Source of the DNA: an uncultured Actinomycetota bacterium
Lineage (GTDB): Bacteria > Actinomycetota > Actinomycetes > JAHEKZ01
NCBI GenBank assembly: GCA_963824605.1
Contig: CAWGPZ010000009.1
Location: 127,763-191,762, forward strand
Length of the DNA stretch: 64,000 bases
Direction of reading: 5' to 3'
Shown here piece after piece: positions 40,441 to 51,068 of the stretch. Numbering within the stretch: the first letter of the stretch is position 1; every line of letters starts with the position of its first letter. The notes under the pieces are model-generated. The model searched no databases and had not been told where the DNA came from. It saw only the letters and a list, made by a program, of their open reading frames with translations. Both the position numbers and the translations under genes were made by a program.

Positions 40441-42042
40441 TTATCGGTAGGCGGGTTCGTCGGTGGTGGTGAATTGGGCGATGGAGGCGCGGAGGTCGCC
40501 TGCGAGGGAGTTCAGCTCGGTAGCAGCAGCCGCCGCCTGCTTGGACCCCACCGCATACTGCCGCGACACATCAGCGACCTGACCCATCGCCGACACCACC
40601 TGCTCAGACGCCGAACGCTGCTGCTGCGTCGCAATACTGATCTCCTTCGCAGCCGTCGTCGTCTCATCCACCATCCCCGAAATCCGCTCCAACGCCCCCA
40701 CCACATCCCGCGCCAACGCAGACCCCGCATGAACCTCCCGCGACCCCTCCTCAGAAGCCAAAATCGTCGCGTTCGTCTCCGCCTGAATCTGCGTCACAAT
40801 CGACTGAATCTGACCAGCAGACTCCTGCGACCGCTCCGCCAGCTTCCGAATCTCCGCAGCGACCACCGCAAACCCACGCCCATGCTCACCCGCACGAGCC
40901 GCCTCAATCGCCGCATTCAACGCCAACAAGTTCGTCTGATCAGCCAACTCATCAATCACCTGCAGAATCCGGCCGATCTCCTGACCCTTCTCCCCCAATC
41001 CCAACGCCCGAGAAGCAATCTGATCCACCCGCGACGAAATCTGATCCATCGCATCCACAGACGCCGACACCGCCACCCGACCCTGCTCAGCAAACCCCAA
41101 AGTCTCCGAAGCAAACGACGCCACCTGCTCAGCCGTCTCAGCAATCTGAGCCGCCGTCGCCGCCAACTCCTCAATCGTCGCCGACGTCTCCGACACCGCA
41201 GACGACTGCTCAGACGCAGCCGCAGCCTGCTCACGAGCAGCCACCAACACCTGAGAAGCAGACACCCCAATCTGCTCCCCACCCACCCGCACCCGAGACA
41301 CCAAACCCCGCAACGACCCCAACGTGTGATCCAACCGTCCGGCCAGAGCGACCGTGCCCTCAGCCTGCAAAGTCAACGACGACATCTCTACCGCCAGATC
41401 GCCAGCAGCCACCTCATCAGCAGCACCCGACATCGCCACCACATCAGACTCGACCGCATGCCGGGTCGCCTGCGCCTCAGCCTGCGCCCGGAACATGCTC
41501 ATCGACATCAGGTCAGTCACCGTCGCCAACACAATCGCCAGCACAATCAACCCGATCCCACGAGCCGCACCCTCACCACCCCACGAATCCGTCACCACAC
41601 CAACCAGCACGATGCATGCGGAAACCCATACGCCGAGGAACCGGACGATCCAGCCGCTGTACACGCTGGTTGCGTAGGTGATGGGAATGAGGAGCGCCAC
41701 AGGCACCGGACCGTTCAAGCCACCCCCCGCGATGGCCGCTCCCGTCGTCGCCGCGAAAGCGACCGTCATCGTGGGAATCTCCCACCGGTCAACAGCCTCA
41801 TAGTGGTCGCCACGGCCAACGGCACGGAACGCCATCAGAACGGCGAAGGCCGTATTCGCCACCAACACGGTGATGAAGACGGCGCCGAGCCACATCGTGA
41901 TCTCCACCGCCGGCAGCACGATGGCAGTGGTCGCGATGAGGAGCGCGACTGCAGCCGTCAGGGCACCATGAGACGTGATCGTCTCCCACATCGCCCGGCG
42001 CGTATAGGGCACCAGGGTGTAGTCGACGTCGTCGTCCAGCAC
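40441..42042 (-). CDS. Methyl-accepting chemotaxis protein 3
   Basis: GTG start after GGAGG; multi-TM; same signalling domain. Confidence 0.92.
   Translation of the reverse strand: MLDDDVDYTLVPYTRRAMWETITSHGALTAAVALLIATTAIVLPAVEITMWLGAVFITVLVANTAFAVLMAFRAVGRGDHYEAVDRWEIPTMTVAFAATTGAAIAGGGLNGPVPVALLIPITYATSVYSGWIVRFLGVWVSACIVLVGVVTDSWGGEGAARGIGLIVLAIVLATVTDLMSMSMFRAQAEAQATRHAVESDVVAMSGAADEVAAGDLAVEMSSLTLQAEGTVALAGRLDHTLGSLRGLVSRVRVGGEQIGVSASQVLVAAREQAAAASEQSSAVSETSATIEELAATAAQIAETAEQVASFASETLGFAEQGRVAVSASVDAMDQISSRVDQIASRALGLGEKGQEIGRILQVIDELADQTNLLALNAAIEAARAGEHGRGFAVVAAEIRKLAERSQESAGQIQSIVTQIQAETNATILASEEGSREVHAGSALARDVVGALERISGMVDETTTAAKEISIATQQQRSASEQVVSAMGQVADVSRQYAVGSKQAAAAATELNSLAGDLRASIAQFTTTDEPAYR
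40470..41602. repeat. MCP repeat, copy 3
   Basis: Near-identical to copy 2. Confidence 0.92.
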
Positions 42043-42167
42043 GACAAATCAGTCCCTCCGCGGATCCTCGTGCCGTGACATCGGCTGACTCGACGCACTT
42101 CTTGATCACGGGCCAGGACCCGATGTCGCCACAGGATCGATCGACGCCGACAGACGGGGAGTGACTA

Positions 42168-42707
42168 TCAGCCCGCAGCTCGGCGAGCAGCGGGGAGCCG
42201 CTCGCGTAGTCGAAGAACGGCTTCGGTCGCCAGAAGCGCAACAGGACCGTCGACGTCGACGACGCCACGCACGAGGGGTGCGATCCCCGTCGCAATCGTG
42301 GCAGGCACCGGCTCGAGATCTCGGGCGTCGCAGTCGAGCAGGCCGGGAACCATGTCGGCCACCAGCCCGACTTCGATGTCGGCCTCGGCCAGCACGACCA
42401 ACCGGGCACTCGTCGGCATCGGCGACAGGGTCGCCCCCACCAGCGGCCTCAGGTCGATCACCGGAAGTACCCGTCCACGCCAGTTGACGACCCCTGACAG
42501 CCATGCCGGACCGCCAGGGATCCGAGTCAACACAGGGACAGGCACCACTTCAGCAACCGACGCCATGTCGACGGCGTAGCGGCCGCCGGCGAACCGCAGA
42601 ATGACGCCGCCGATCGGCGCGGCATCTTCCTCAGATGCCTCATCGGCCACGCCTGCAGGACTAGTCAGGGACTCCACGGACTGACCATCGGCCATCCGGG
42701 TGACCAC
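42168..42707 (-). CDS. cheW: Chemotaxis coupling protein CheW
   Basis: YAVD..VAEV, TRIPGGPAWLSGVVNWRGRVLPVIDL, VGLVAD. Confidence 0.9.
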   Translation of the reverse strand: MVTRMADGQSVESLTSPAGVADEASEEDAAPIGGVILRFAGGRYAVDMASVAEVVPVPVLTRIPGGPAWLSGVVNWRGRVLPVIDLRPLVGATLSPMPTSARLVVLAEADIEVGLVADMVPGLLDCDARDLEPVPATIATGIAPLVRGVVDVDGPVALLATEAVLRLRERLPAARRAAG

Positions 42708-42737
42708 CTGTAGACCCCCGATGGCCTGAGGGGCAGG

Positions 42738-44684
42738 TCAACGCGGGGCTGACTCCCGGTCGCCCACGCCTCGAAGGTCAATGACCTGTTCCTCCTGGGC
42801 AGCGGCCAGGACATCGGTGATCTCACGCCCGATCAGCTCTTCGCGCTCGAGGAGTGCGTCACGCAGGGCTTCGACCAGGTGGGCGTTCGACTCGAGCAGG
42901 CCCTTGACGATCACCTTCTGCTCCTGCAGGAGGTCTTCCACGGCGGCGCGACCCGCAGGATCAGCCAGGACACGCCCCACGATGTTGCTGTCGTTCAGAG
43001 CGCTGTTCTGGATCGCGGCAAAGGAGATCAGCGAATCGATCATGCCGCAGGAACCCACCATCTCCGCAGCGACGTTCGTGGCGTAGAGAAGGTCGCCACC
43101 GGGACCTGTCGACACGTCCCCGAAGAAGATCTCTTCAGCGCACTGGCCGCCCATGGCGATCTGGATGAGGGCCAACATCTCGGTACGTGACCTCGTGTAC
43201 ACCTCTTCTGCATCACCGTGGGCGAGCATGCCGAGGGCGGACCGTCGCTTGATGATGGTCAGTACCTCGAGCCGACGCTCAGGTGCCACCAGGAAGGCGG
43301 CAGTGGCGTGTCCCGCCTCGTGCGTCGAGATCAACCGTCGCTCGTGCACGGTGTATGCGACCGGCTGCCCCATTCCCACTTCTTCAACGAGTCTGGCCCG
43401 TTCGACGTCCGACCAGCTCATCTCCGAGTCCCCACGCCGCACTGCGTTCACCAGAGCCTCGTCCAGCAGGTGTTCGATCATGACGGGGGTGTAGCCCTGG
43501 GTGGCGGCGGCGAGCGAGTCGCGACGATCTTCGGTGTCGAGCTCTTCGCCGTGAGACTTGATGCCCAAGTAGTGATCGATGATCTCGCGGCGCCCCGACT
43601 TTGCCGGCAGTTCGAAGGTGAGCCGCCGGTCAAAGCGTCCAGGACGCAACAGCGCGGGATCGAGGTTGTCGGCCCGGTTGGTGGCAGCGATCAGAAGCAG
43701 ATTGGTCGACGGAGGCTCGGGGCGACTCAACTGACGATGTGAAGGCAGGTAGAGATTGGCCCAGTCCACCATCTTGGTGCGCAGCTTCTGCAGGCCGGTG
43801 GGCTGATCGAACGACTGCATCTGCACCAGCAGCTCGTTGACGACTCCGCCTACCCCTTCGCTGGTGATCGAGGCGTTGCTCACGGGACCCGCCGGTGCTC
43901 CATACCCAGAAGGCAGCGAGGTCATCCCCCCACATGCGTGGACGCCCAGCGAAGCAAGGGATGGGGGAAGAGGAGTTGCGGACAAGCCACCACGAGACAT
44001 GGCGATGGCGTCGATCTCTTCGATGAAGCCGATTGCGCCGCCCTCGGCCCGAGCGACCTTGCGCAGCTGCTTGAAGTACGACCGGATCTTGCGCGCGGTG
44101 GCGCCGTAGTACATCGACTGAAAGGAGGTCGCCGATACGAACAGGAAGGGCACCCCCGCTTCGCGCGCCATCGCCTTCGCCAGATAGGTCTTCCCCGTTC
44201 CAGGTGCCCCTTCGAAGAGAATTCCCCGCCGCGGCGTCCCACCCATGTCGTTGGCAAAGGCCTTGTGCGCCAGGAAGAGATTGAGTGATCGAATCACCTC
44301 GTCCTTCACCGGGTCGATGCCCTTTACATCGTCGAGCCGCGTCGAAATCTGTTCGGGGCGGTACATCACGTGGGGCGACCGTCCGGCGCCCACGGTGGTG
44401 CCGACGATGATGAGGAGCAGCGCGCTGAAGAACAGAATGGGCACCAGCAGGTACGCGTCGATACTGGGCAGCCCCCACTCGGCGGGATTGCCGCTGAGGA
44501 TCCGGTACCAGAGATAGAGGGCGGGGATACCGAGCCACACGGCCATGACGCGGAGCCGATGGCGTCGCTTCGACTCTCGGGACGCACCGACGTCGGCGTC
44601 ACCGGCGCGCATCACCGTCGTGCTCGAGAGCGAGGGTCCCGTCAATGCAGACACCTCGGTGGCCTCACGCTCTGTATCTGACAC
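42738..44684 (-). CDS. FtsH-like membrane AAA+ ATPase / M41 metalloprotease paralogue
   Basis: Two TM, GAPGTGKT, FIEEID, ATNRADNLDPALLRPGRFDR, HEAGH, STGPGGDL. Confidence 0.88.
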   Translation of the reverse strand: MSDTEREATEVSALTGPSLSSTTVMRAGDADVGASRESKRRHRLRVMAVWLGIPALYLWYRILSGNPAEWGLPSIDAYLLVPILFFSALLLIIVGTTVGAGRSPHVMYRPEQISTRLDDVKGIDPVKDEVIRSLNLFLAHKAFANDMGGTPRRGILFEGAPGTGKTYLAKAMAREAGVPFLFVSATSFQSMYYGATARKIRSYFKQLRKVARAEGGAIGFIEEIDAIAMSRGGLSATPLPPSLASLGVHACGGMTSLPSGYGAPAGPVSNASITSEGVGGVVNELLVQMQSFDQPTGLQKLRTKMVDWANLYLPSHRQLSRPEPPSTNLLLIAATNRADNLDPALLRPGRFDRRLTFELPAKSGRREIIDHYLGIKSHGEELDTEDRRDSLAAATQGYTPVMIEHLLDEALVNAVRRGDSEMSWSDVERARLVEEVGMGQPVAYTVHERRLISTHEAGHATAAFLVAPERRLEVLTIIKRRSALGMLAHGDAEEVYTRSRTEMLALIQIAMGGQCAEEIFFGDVSTGPGGDLLYATNVAAEMVGSCGMIDSLISFAAIQNSALNDSNIVGRVLADPAGRAAVEDLLQEQKVIVKGLLESNAHLVEALRDALLEREELIGREITDVLAAAQEEQVIDLRGVGDRESAPR

Positions 44685-44837
44685 GCCGACTCCTTGGCTC
44701 AGGTTCGGACCACCCGTTCTACCGAGCGTCACAACACTGGCCACTCTCTCCCAGTAATCCCAGGAGGGACAGTGGGAAGCGCGAGCCGTCACCCAGACGG
44801 CGTATCGATGCCGGCAAAGAGGTCACTCTCGAAACCA

Positions 44838-45689
44838 TCAGGCCCAGAGCGGGCCGAGGTCACCGCGCACCAGCCGGAAGTACTCGACACCCATGGCCTC
44901 AGGTCCTACGAGATCCGAGAGGCGAAACAAGTCGTTCTCCACTCCGACCTGGGTGAGATGCGCGCGAAGGGCTGCCATCTTGTGCGGCTCCTGGTCAAGG
45001 GCGACGACCGCGGTGGTGACCAGCTCGTCGTCGAGGGCCCACGGCAGCTCTTCTCCCTCGGCCAGGCCGAAGAACCCTTGGCCACCGGCCGCGACGAAGG
45101 CAGCGACCCCCCGCTCAACCGCCGCCTTCGGGAGCGCCGTCCAGTAGAGCTTCTGGACGTCCCATGCTTCGCCAAGATCAGGACGGAACGAGGGAGCCGC
45201 TGCGAGCACAAGGGCGTAGCTCGTGACCCGGTGGGCCTGGATATGGTCAGGATGGCCGTACTGGCCGAAGTCGTCGTACGTCACCACCACCTGCGGACGA
45301 GTACGCCGGATCGTGCTCACCAGATGCGTGGCCGCTTCCAGCAGGTCAGCGCGCCAGAAGCACTCAGGATGCTCGTTGGCCGGCGTCCCCATCATGCCTG
45401 AGTCCCGGTAACGCCCGGGCCCACCGAGGTACTCGTGGTCGCTCACGCCGAGCAGCGCCAGCGCCTCCGCGAGCTCAACTCGTCGATGGGCACCCAGTTC
45501 GTCCTTCTCGTGGGCGGCTAGATGGCCGAGTTCGGGGATGAGCACCTCACCCTCCTCACCCAACGTGCAGGTGACGAGCGTGACGTGGGCCCCTTCCGCC
45601 ACATACTTGGCCAGCGTGACGCCGGTGCCGATCGTCTCGTCGTCGGGATGGGCATGGACGGCGAGCAGGCGTTGATCACTACGCGACAT
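44838..45689 (-). CDS. mshB: Mycothiol biosynthesis deacetylase
   Basis: VHAHPDDE, CTLGEEGE, YRDSGMMG, YGHPDHIQ, AHLTQ. Confidence 0.9.
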   Translation of the reverse strand: MSRSDQRLLAVHAHPDDETIGTGVTLAKYVAEGAHVTLVTCTLGEEGEVLIPELGHLAAHEKDELGAHRRVELAEALALLGVSDHEYLGGPGRYRDSGMMGTPANEHPECFWRADLLEAATHLVSTIRRTRPQVVVTYDDFGQYGHPDHIQAHRVTSYALVLAAAPSFRPDLGEAWDVQKLYWTALPKAAVERGVAAFVAAGGQGFFGLAEGEELPWALDDELVTTAVVALDQEPHKMAALRAHLTQVGVENDLFRLSDLVGPEAMGVEYFRLVRGDLGPLWA

Positions 45690-45736
45690 GACCACGAGCC
45701 TAGGACCGATCGACCCCTCTGCTGAATGATGGGGCG

Positions 45737-47828
45737 ATGACCATCTCCGTTCCCGACTCATTCCCTCGCCAGAATGCTCGCACCCAGCGCTTCACCCTCG
45801 GTCGCCCCCGCTCGTTCAGCGTCTCTCCCGACGGGTCGACGGTTCTCTTCGTCCGCTCCTCGTCGGGTACCGATCGAGTGGGGCGGCTGTGGCGTTGGAC
45901 GGCTGAGGAGGGCGAAGCAGAACTGGTCGACCCCCATCGGCTGCTCTCCGGAGCCGACGAAGAACTCAGCGCTGCTGAGAAGGCCCGACGAGAGCGCGCT
46001 CGGGAGGCAGCCGGCGGAATTGTGGGCTACTCGGTGGACTCCGACTTCTCGTGCGTGGTGTTCAGTCTGTCCGGGCGCCTCTTCACCACTTCCTTGGCGG
46101 GTACGCACGCCACCCGTGAGATCGACGTTCCCGGTCCGGTGGTCGACCCTCGAGTCGACCCCACTGGCCAGCGCGTGGCCTTCGTCGCCGCCGGCCGCCT
46201 TGTACGTCGTGAGTCTCGCCGATGGTGCTGTCCGCGCCCTCTCACCCGAGGAGAGCAGTGCCGACGTCACATGGGGTCTGGCTGACTTCATTGCGGCCGA
46301 GGAGCTCGAGCGGTCTCGCGGCTTCTGGTGGTCACCGGAAGGAACCCAGCTGCTGGCACAGCGCAGCGACGAGTCGGGCGTGCGCACCTGGTTCGTCAGC
46401 AACCCTGCGATACCTGACGCAGCACCAATTGCTCAGCGGTACCCCGCGGCTGGAACTCCCAATCCCGCGGTCAGTCTGTGGCTCCTCGACATCGCGGGTG
46501 GCGTCTCCGAGGTCCCACTGCCCGACGGAGCGGAGTACCTCTCAACCGTCCACTGGTCTGATCGGGGTGCGCCGGTCCTTGGGGTGCTGGACCGGCGACA
46601 GCAGTCCGCCAGCTGGCACAGAGTCGACGTCGTTGCGCACACCACCCACCTGCTGCGCACAGTGACGGACGAGGCATGGGTCGACGTGGTGCCGGGTAGT
46701 GGCTCATGGGACTTCGACGGACGTCTCTTGACCGTCGAGGTCCGCGATGGCGACTACGCCCTCTGCCGAGACGGCGAACGCATCTCGCCCGTCGATCTGC
46801 AGGTACGAGCCGTGGCGTCGGTCGGCGCCGCCCACATCACGGTGCTGGGATCTGAGGACCCAGGCGACCAGCAGGTCTGGTCATTGACCGGAAGGTCCGC
46901 TCAGCTGCTGAGCCCGGTGGGCGGGTGGTCCGCAATCGCGGAGGGCGGGACGACGCGCGTTGTCGTCTCCGCCGATCTCGACCGGGCGCTGCCGTCGGCC
47001 ACCATCACGACAGAGACCGTGACACATGACGTCAGCTCGCTTGCCGACCTCCCTCTGGTCACCCCCCAGGTGACACTGATTCCGGGTGGCCCTGACCAAC
47101 CAAGAGTCGCGCTGCTCCTCCCCGCTGCGTGGACACCCGACGACGGTTCCCTTCCCATTCTCATGAACCCTTATGGCGGTCCACACCACGTGAGCGTGGC
47201 GCATCATCAGGGAGCGTTTCGTGAGTCGCAGTGGTTTGCGAACCAAGGCTTCGCCGTCGTCGTCGTCGATGGGCGCGGCACGCCTGGGCGTCCTGGCTGG
47301 GAGCGTGCGGTCCGCGGTGACTTCGCCGGCCCCGTCCTCGAAGACCAGATCACCGGTCTGCACGCAGTGGCCCACGCTTTCCCTGAACTCGATCTCGGAC
47401 GTGTCGCAATTCGGGGGTGGTCGTTCGGGGGCTACCTGGCGGCACTTGCCGTCATCGACCGCCCCGACGTCTTTCACTCCGCCATCGCCGGCGCGCCCGT
47501 CACCGACTGGATGCTCTACGACACCGGATATACCGAGCGCTACCTCGGAGTTCCCGGCGACGGGGCCGACGGCGCCTACCGAACGAGTTCACTTCTCGAG
47601 CGGGCGAGCAGTCTCACACGGCCGCTTCAGGTCATTCATGGGCTCGCTGACGACAACGTCTTCGTCGCCCACTCGCTTCGCTTGTCGCAGGCACTGACCG
47701 AGAACGGTTGCCCCCACGAAGTGCTCCCTCTGACAGGTATCACCCACATGGCGACGCAGGAGGATGTGGCCGAGAGCTTGCTCACGCTGCAGGTCGACTT
47801 CCTCAGGCGATCCTTGGGGATCAGCTAG
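45737..47828 (+). CDS. S9 family (DPP IV-like) peptidase (frameshift near 46200)
   Basis: RFTLGRPR N-terminus, [32 protein letters not shown]. Confidence 0.87.
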
Positions 47829-49717
47829 GGCTGACGCTTGGCGCGCGCCCTCGTGCGGTTCCGTTCGTTCTGGTCGAGCACGACCTTGCGCAACCGAACG
47901 GTCGCGGGTGTCACCTCGACGCACTCGTCCTCTCGGCAGAACTCCAGCGCCTGCTCCATGGAGAGCTGCTTGTGCGGGATCAGCGGGATCAGAATGTCGC
48001 CGGACGACTGGCGCATGTTGGTGAGCTTCTTCTCCTTGGTCGGGTTGACGTCCATGTCGTCCGACCGCGAGTTCTCACCGACGATCATGCCCTCGTACAC
48101 CTCGGTGCCCGGACCCACGAACATCGTGCCGCGCTCCTGCAGGTTGGCAAGCGCAAAGCCCGTCGTGTCTCCTCGACGATCGGCCACCAGCGATCCCGTG
48201 GGACGCGTACGCAGCTCACCGTGCCATGGCTCATAGCGCTCGAAGACGTGGTGCAACAGGCCCGTCCCTCGAGTCTCGGTGAGGAACTCGGTGCGAAATC
48301 CGATCATGCCGCGCGCCGGAACGAGGTACTCCATGCGCACCCACCCGGTGCCATGGTTGACCATCTGCTCCATGCGCCCCTTGCGAAGAGCCATGAGCTG
48401 CGTCACCACCCCGAGGTAGTCCTCGGGAATGTCGACCGTCAACCGCTCGACGGGCTCATGCACCTTGCCGTCCACCTCGCGGATCACAACCTGGGGCTTG
48501 CCCACAGTCAGCTCAAATCCCTCGCGGCGCATCATTTCGACGAGCACGGCCAGCTGAAGCTCGCCTCGGCCTTGAACCTCCCAGGTGTCCGGCCGCTCGG
48601 TCTCCGCGACGCGAATGGACACGTTGCCGACCAGCTCGGCCTCAAGGCGGGTCTTGACCATCCGCGCCGTGAGCTTCTTGCCGCTCTGGCCCGAGAGTGG
48701 GGCGGTGTTGATCCCGATCGTCATCGAGATGGAGGGCTCATCGACGGTGATGACGGGCAGGGGCCGCGGGTCTTCGGCATCGGTCAGCGTCTCACCGATA
48801 GTGATTTCAGGAATCCCGGCGACGGCGATGATGTCGCCGGGTGACGCAGAATCTGCCGGCACTCGATCAAGGGCTTCTGTGATCAAGAGCTCGGTCACCT
48901 TCACCCGCTCGGTCGTGCCGTCTGCACGGCACCAGGCAACGGTCTGCCCCTTGGTGATCGTGCCGTTGTGCACCCGGCACAGGGCAAGGCGTCCGAGATA
49001 AGGAGACGCATCGAGGTTGGTCACGTGTGCCTGCAGCGGCATGTCTGGGTCGTAGGTGGGAGCAGGGATCGTCCCGACGATCGTGGTGAAGAGCGGCTCG
49101 AGGTTCTCGCTGTCAGGGAGCCCACCGTCGTCCGGCTTGTTGAGTGACGCCCGGCCATTCTTCGCCGACGCGTACACGATGGGGAAGTCGATCTGGTCCT
49201 CGTCCGCGTCGAGATCGAGGAAGAGCTCATAGGTCTCGTCCACGACCTCGCTGATCCGGGCGTCGGGACGATCGACCTTGTTCACCACGAGAACGACCGG
49301 CAGGCGCTTCTGCAGCGCCTTACGCAGGACGAATCGCGTCTGTGGAAGTGGTCCCTCGCTGGCGTCGACGAGCAGCAGGACGCCATCGACCATCTCCAGG
49401 CCCCGCTCGACCTCTCCACCGAAGTCGGCGTGGCCGGGGGTGTCAATGATGTTGAGGGTGACGTCTTGGCCATCGTCCATGTGATGGCGAACAGCAGTGT
49501 TCTTGGCGAGGATGGTGATGCCCTTCTCGCGCTCGAGATCCATCGAGTCCATGACACGGTCGGCCACGTCGGCGTTCTCGCGGAAGGCGCCTGACTGCCA
49601 GAGCATCGCGTCGACGAGTGTCGTCTTTCCGTGGTCGACGTGGGCCACGATCGCGACATTGCGGAGGTCGCTCCGTCGGGCGGACTGTTGGCCGGTGGGT
49701 GAGGCTGAAGACGCCAT
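47825..49717 (-). CDS. typA: Translational GTPase TypA/BipA
   Basis: [39 protein letters not shown]. Confidence 0.96.
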   Translation of the reverse strand: MASSASPTGQQSARRSDLRNVAIVAHVDHGKTTLVDAMLWQSGAFRENADVADRVMDSMDLEREKGITILAKNTAVRHHMDDGQDVTLNIIDTPGHADFGGEVERGLEMVDGVLLLVDASEGPLPQTRFVLRKALQKRLPVVLVVNKVDRPDARISEVVDETYELFLDLDADEDQIDFPIVYASAKNGRASLNKPDDGGLPDSENLEPLFTTIVGTIPAPTYDPDMPLQAHVTNLDASPYLGRLALCRVHNGTITKGQTVAWCRADGTTERVKVTELLITEALDRVPADSASPGDIIAVAGIPEITIGETLTDAEDPRPLPVITVDEPSISMTIGINTAPLSGQSGKKLTARMVKTRLEAELVGNVSIRVAETERPDTWEVQGRGELQLAVLVEMMRREGFELTVGKPQVVIREVDGKVHEPVERLTVDIPEDYLGVVTQLMALRKGRMEQMVNHGTGWVRMEYLVPARGMIGFRTEFLTETRGTGLLHHVFERYEPWHGELRTRPTGSLVADRRGDTTGFALANLQERGTMFVGPGTEVYEGMIVGENSRSDDMDVNPTKEKKLTNMRQSSGDILIPLIPHKQLSMEQALEFCREDECVEVTPATVRLRKVVLDQNERNRTRARAKRQP

Positions 49718-49778
49718 GGGCGTGCGGGCTCGCTCTCAAGATCAAGGAATCGGTCGCCGACTAGCGACGCTGAGCAGT

Positions 49779-50636
49779 CTACGCGGCCTGCGTGGGCGTC
49801 GTACGGACGGTGAGCCCGGTGCCGTCCGGCGCCAGCTGATAGTCGACGTGGATGCGGTCCAGGGCAGCCAGGCTGGGCACGTGCGTGCCGCCGCAGGGAA
49901 TCTCGGCGAGACCGTCGCTGAGAGCACAGGTCCATCGCCGAGGGGCCGTCACCCGGAGATCTCCGTCGTCGACCACGGCAACGGGAGCGCCCGCCTCGAC
50001 CCAGGCCGTGAGCTGGGACTCGACCTCGTCGACAATCGCCGGGAGGCCGTCGGCGAACGCCGCTGACTCGAACCCCCGCTTTCGCAGGCTCTTGCCGAAC
50101 CGGTAGACGTCCGACGATCCCTCCACATCCATGACGGACGAGACCATGGCGAGCTGATCGAGGTCCGGGCTTCCCAGGCTGTCGACCCGCACCTCCTTGC
50201 GCCAGAACGTTGCCGCTGCCCGGTTCATGGCGAGGGCAGAGAGGTGACAGGCCGTGTGGGCCGCGGAGAGCGCGCGACGCCGCTGGTCGTCCACCTCCAG
50301 GCTCACCTCGGCACCAATGGCCGGCAGGGTCGTCGTCTCGTCGAGTCGGTGCACGACGAACCAATCCCACCCGGGCTCGCCACGCTTCACCGGGATGTCA
50401 GGCCCGACCCGCAATGCTCCGTCCGGCCCTGCAGCAGCCATCAGGGTGTCGACGACTGCGCTGTCCCCGCAGGAGCCCACATCACCGGGCTGATCCGGCC
50501 AGGTGTGATCAACAGGGTGAAACGGCGTCCGATCGACCACTACCAGAGGCCGGCCCAGTGCGTCCGTCTCTGAACGCACCACAGTGCCTCGACCTGTGGT
50601 CGTCCCCGACGCAAAGGTCACGATCGTGTCAGTCAT
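49779..50636 (-). CDS. AlaX-like (alanyl-tRNA editing domain) metal-dependent hydrolase
   Basis: TPFHP..WPDQPGD, HTACH, CGGTH. Confidence 0.8.
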   Translation of the reverse strand: MTDTIVTFASGTTTGRGTVVRSETDALGRPLVVVDRTPFHPVDHTWPDQPGDVGSCGDSAVVDTLMAAAGPDGALRVGPDIPVKRGEPGWDWFVVHRLDETTTLPAIGAEVSLEVDDQRRRALSAAHTACHLSALAMNRAAATFWRKEVRVDSLGSPDLDQLAMVSSVMDVEGSSDVYRFGKSLRKRGFESAAFADGLPAIVDEVESQLTAWVEAGAPVAVVDDGDLRVTAPRRWTCALSDGLAEIPCGGTHVPSLAALDRIHVDYQLAPDGTGLTVRTTPTQAA

Positions 50637-50769
50637 GCACCCAGCCAACACCAGTTGCGCGCGAATGCTGGCGCCCGGGCCCTGTCTTCGACAGACTGCC
50701 ATGGTCGATGTGATGGACGTCACGCTCTCGCAAGGCGCGTGACCTGGCAGAGGTGGAGGCGGCTCGCAC

Positions 50770-51024
50770 ATGACCATTCCCTCGCAAGACGTCAGCGCTG
50801 CCCGCAGGGCGGCCCGAGACCTGGTGCGAGCAGTCGAGCACCTCAAGTCACGGCACGGTGACAGCGTCGACATGCGCCGTCTGCTCGCCGACGCCCAGCG
50901 AATCAGCGAGGACCTCGACATCCTTGCCGGCCCGGACGCCGCGGAGCCCGGCGTGGGCGAGCCGATCATGATCCCCGACCACGACTACCCGCCCGAGTTC
51001 TGGAACGACGCCGACCGCGAGTAA
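50770..51024 (+). CDS. Small conserved protein heading Sdh1-type operon
   Basis: GDSVDMRRL..PDHDYPPEFWND; GGAGG RBS; position. Confidence 0.7.
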   Translation: MTIPSQDVSAARRAARDLVRAVEHLKSRHGDSVDMRRLLADAQRISEDLDILAGPDAAEPGVGEPIMIPDHDYPPEFWNDADRE

Positions 51025-51068
51025 CGACGCCCGCCCAGCCGCCCCGGCCGCCCGACCTCGGAGAACCT

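Noticed and set aside
36919-41602. Diversity-generating retroelement or CRISPR explanation for the repeats
   Set aside because: No reverse transcriptase or cas gene, no adenine-specific variable region, and no short repeat-spacer structure
36905-42078. Long Arg/Leu-rich + strand ORFs (333, 551, 592 aa) and repeated short Arg/Trp-rich minus ORFs
   Set aside because: Antisense or off-frame shadows of the MCP repeats, produced by the skewed codon usage
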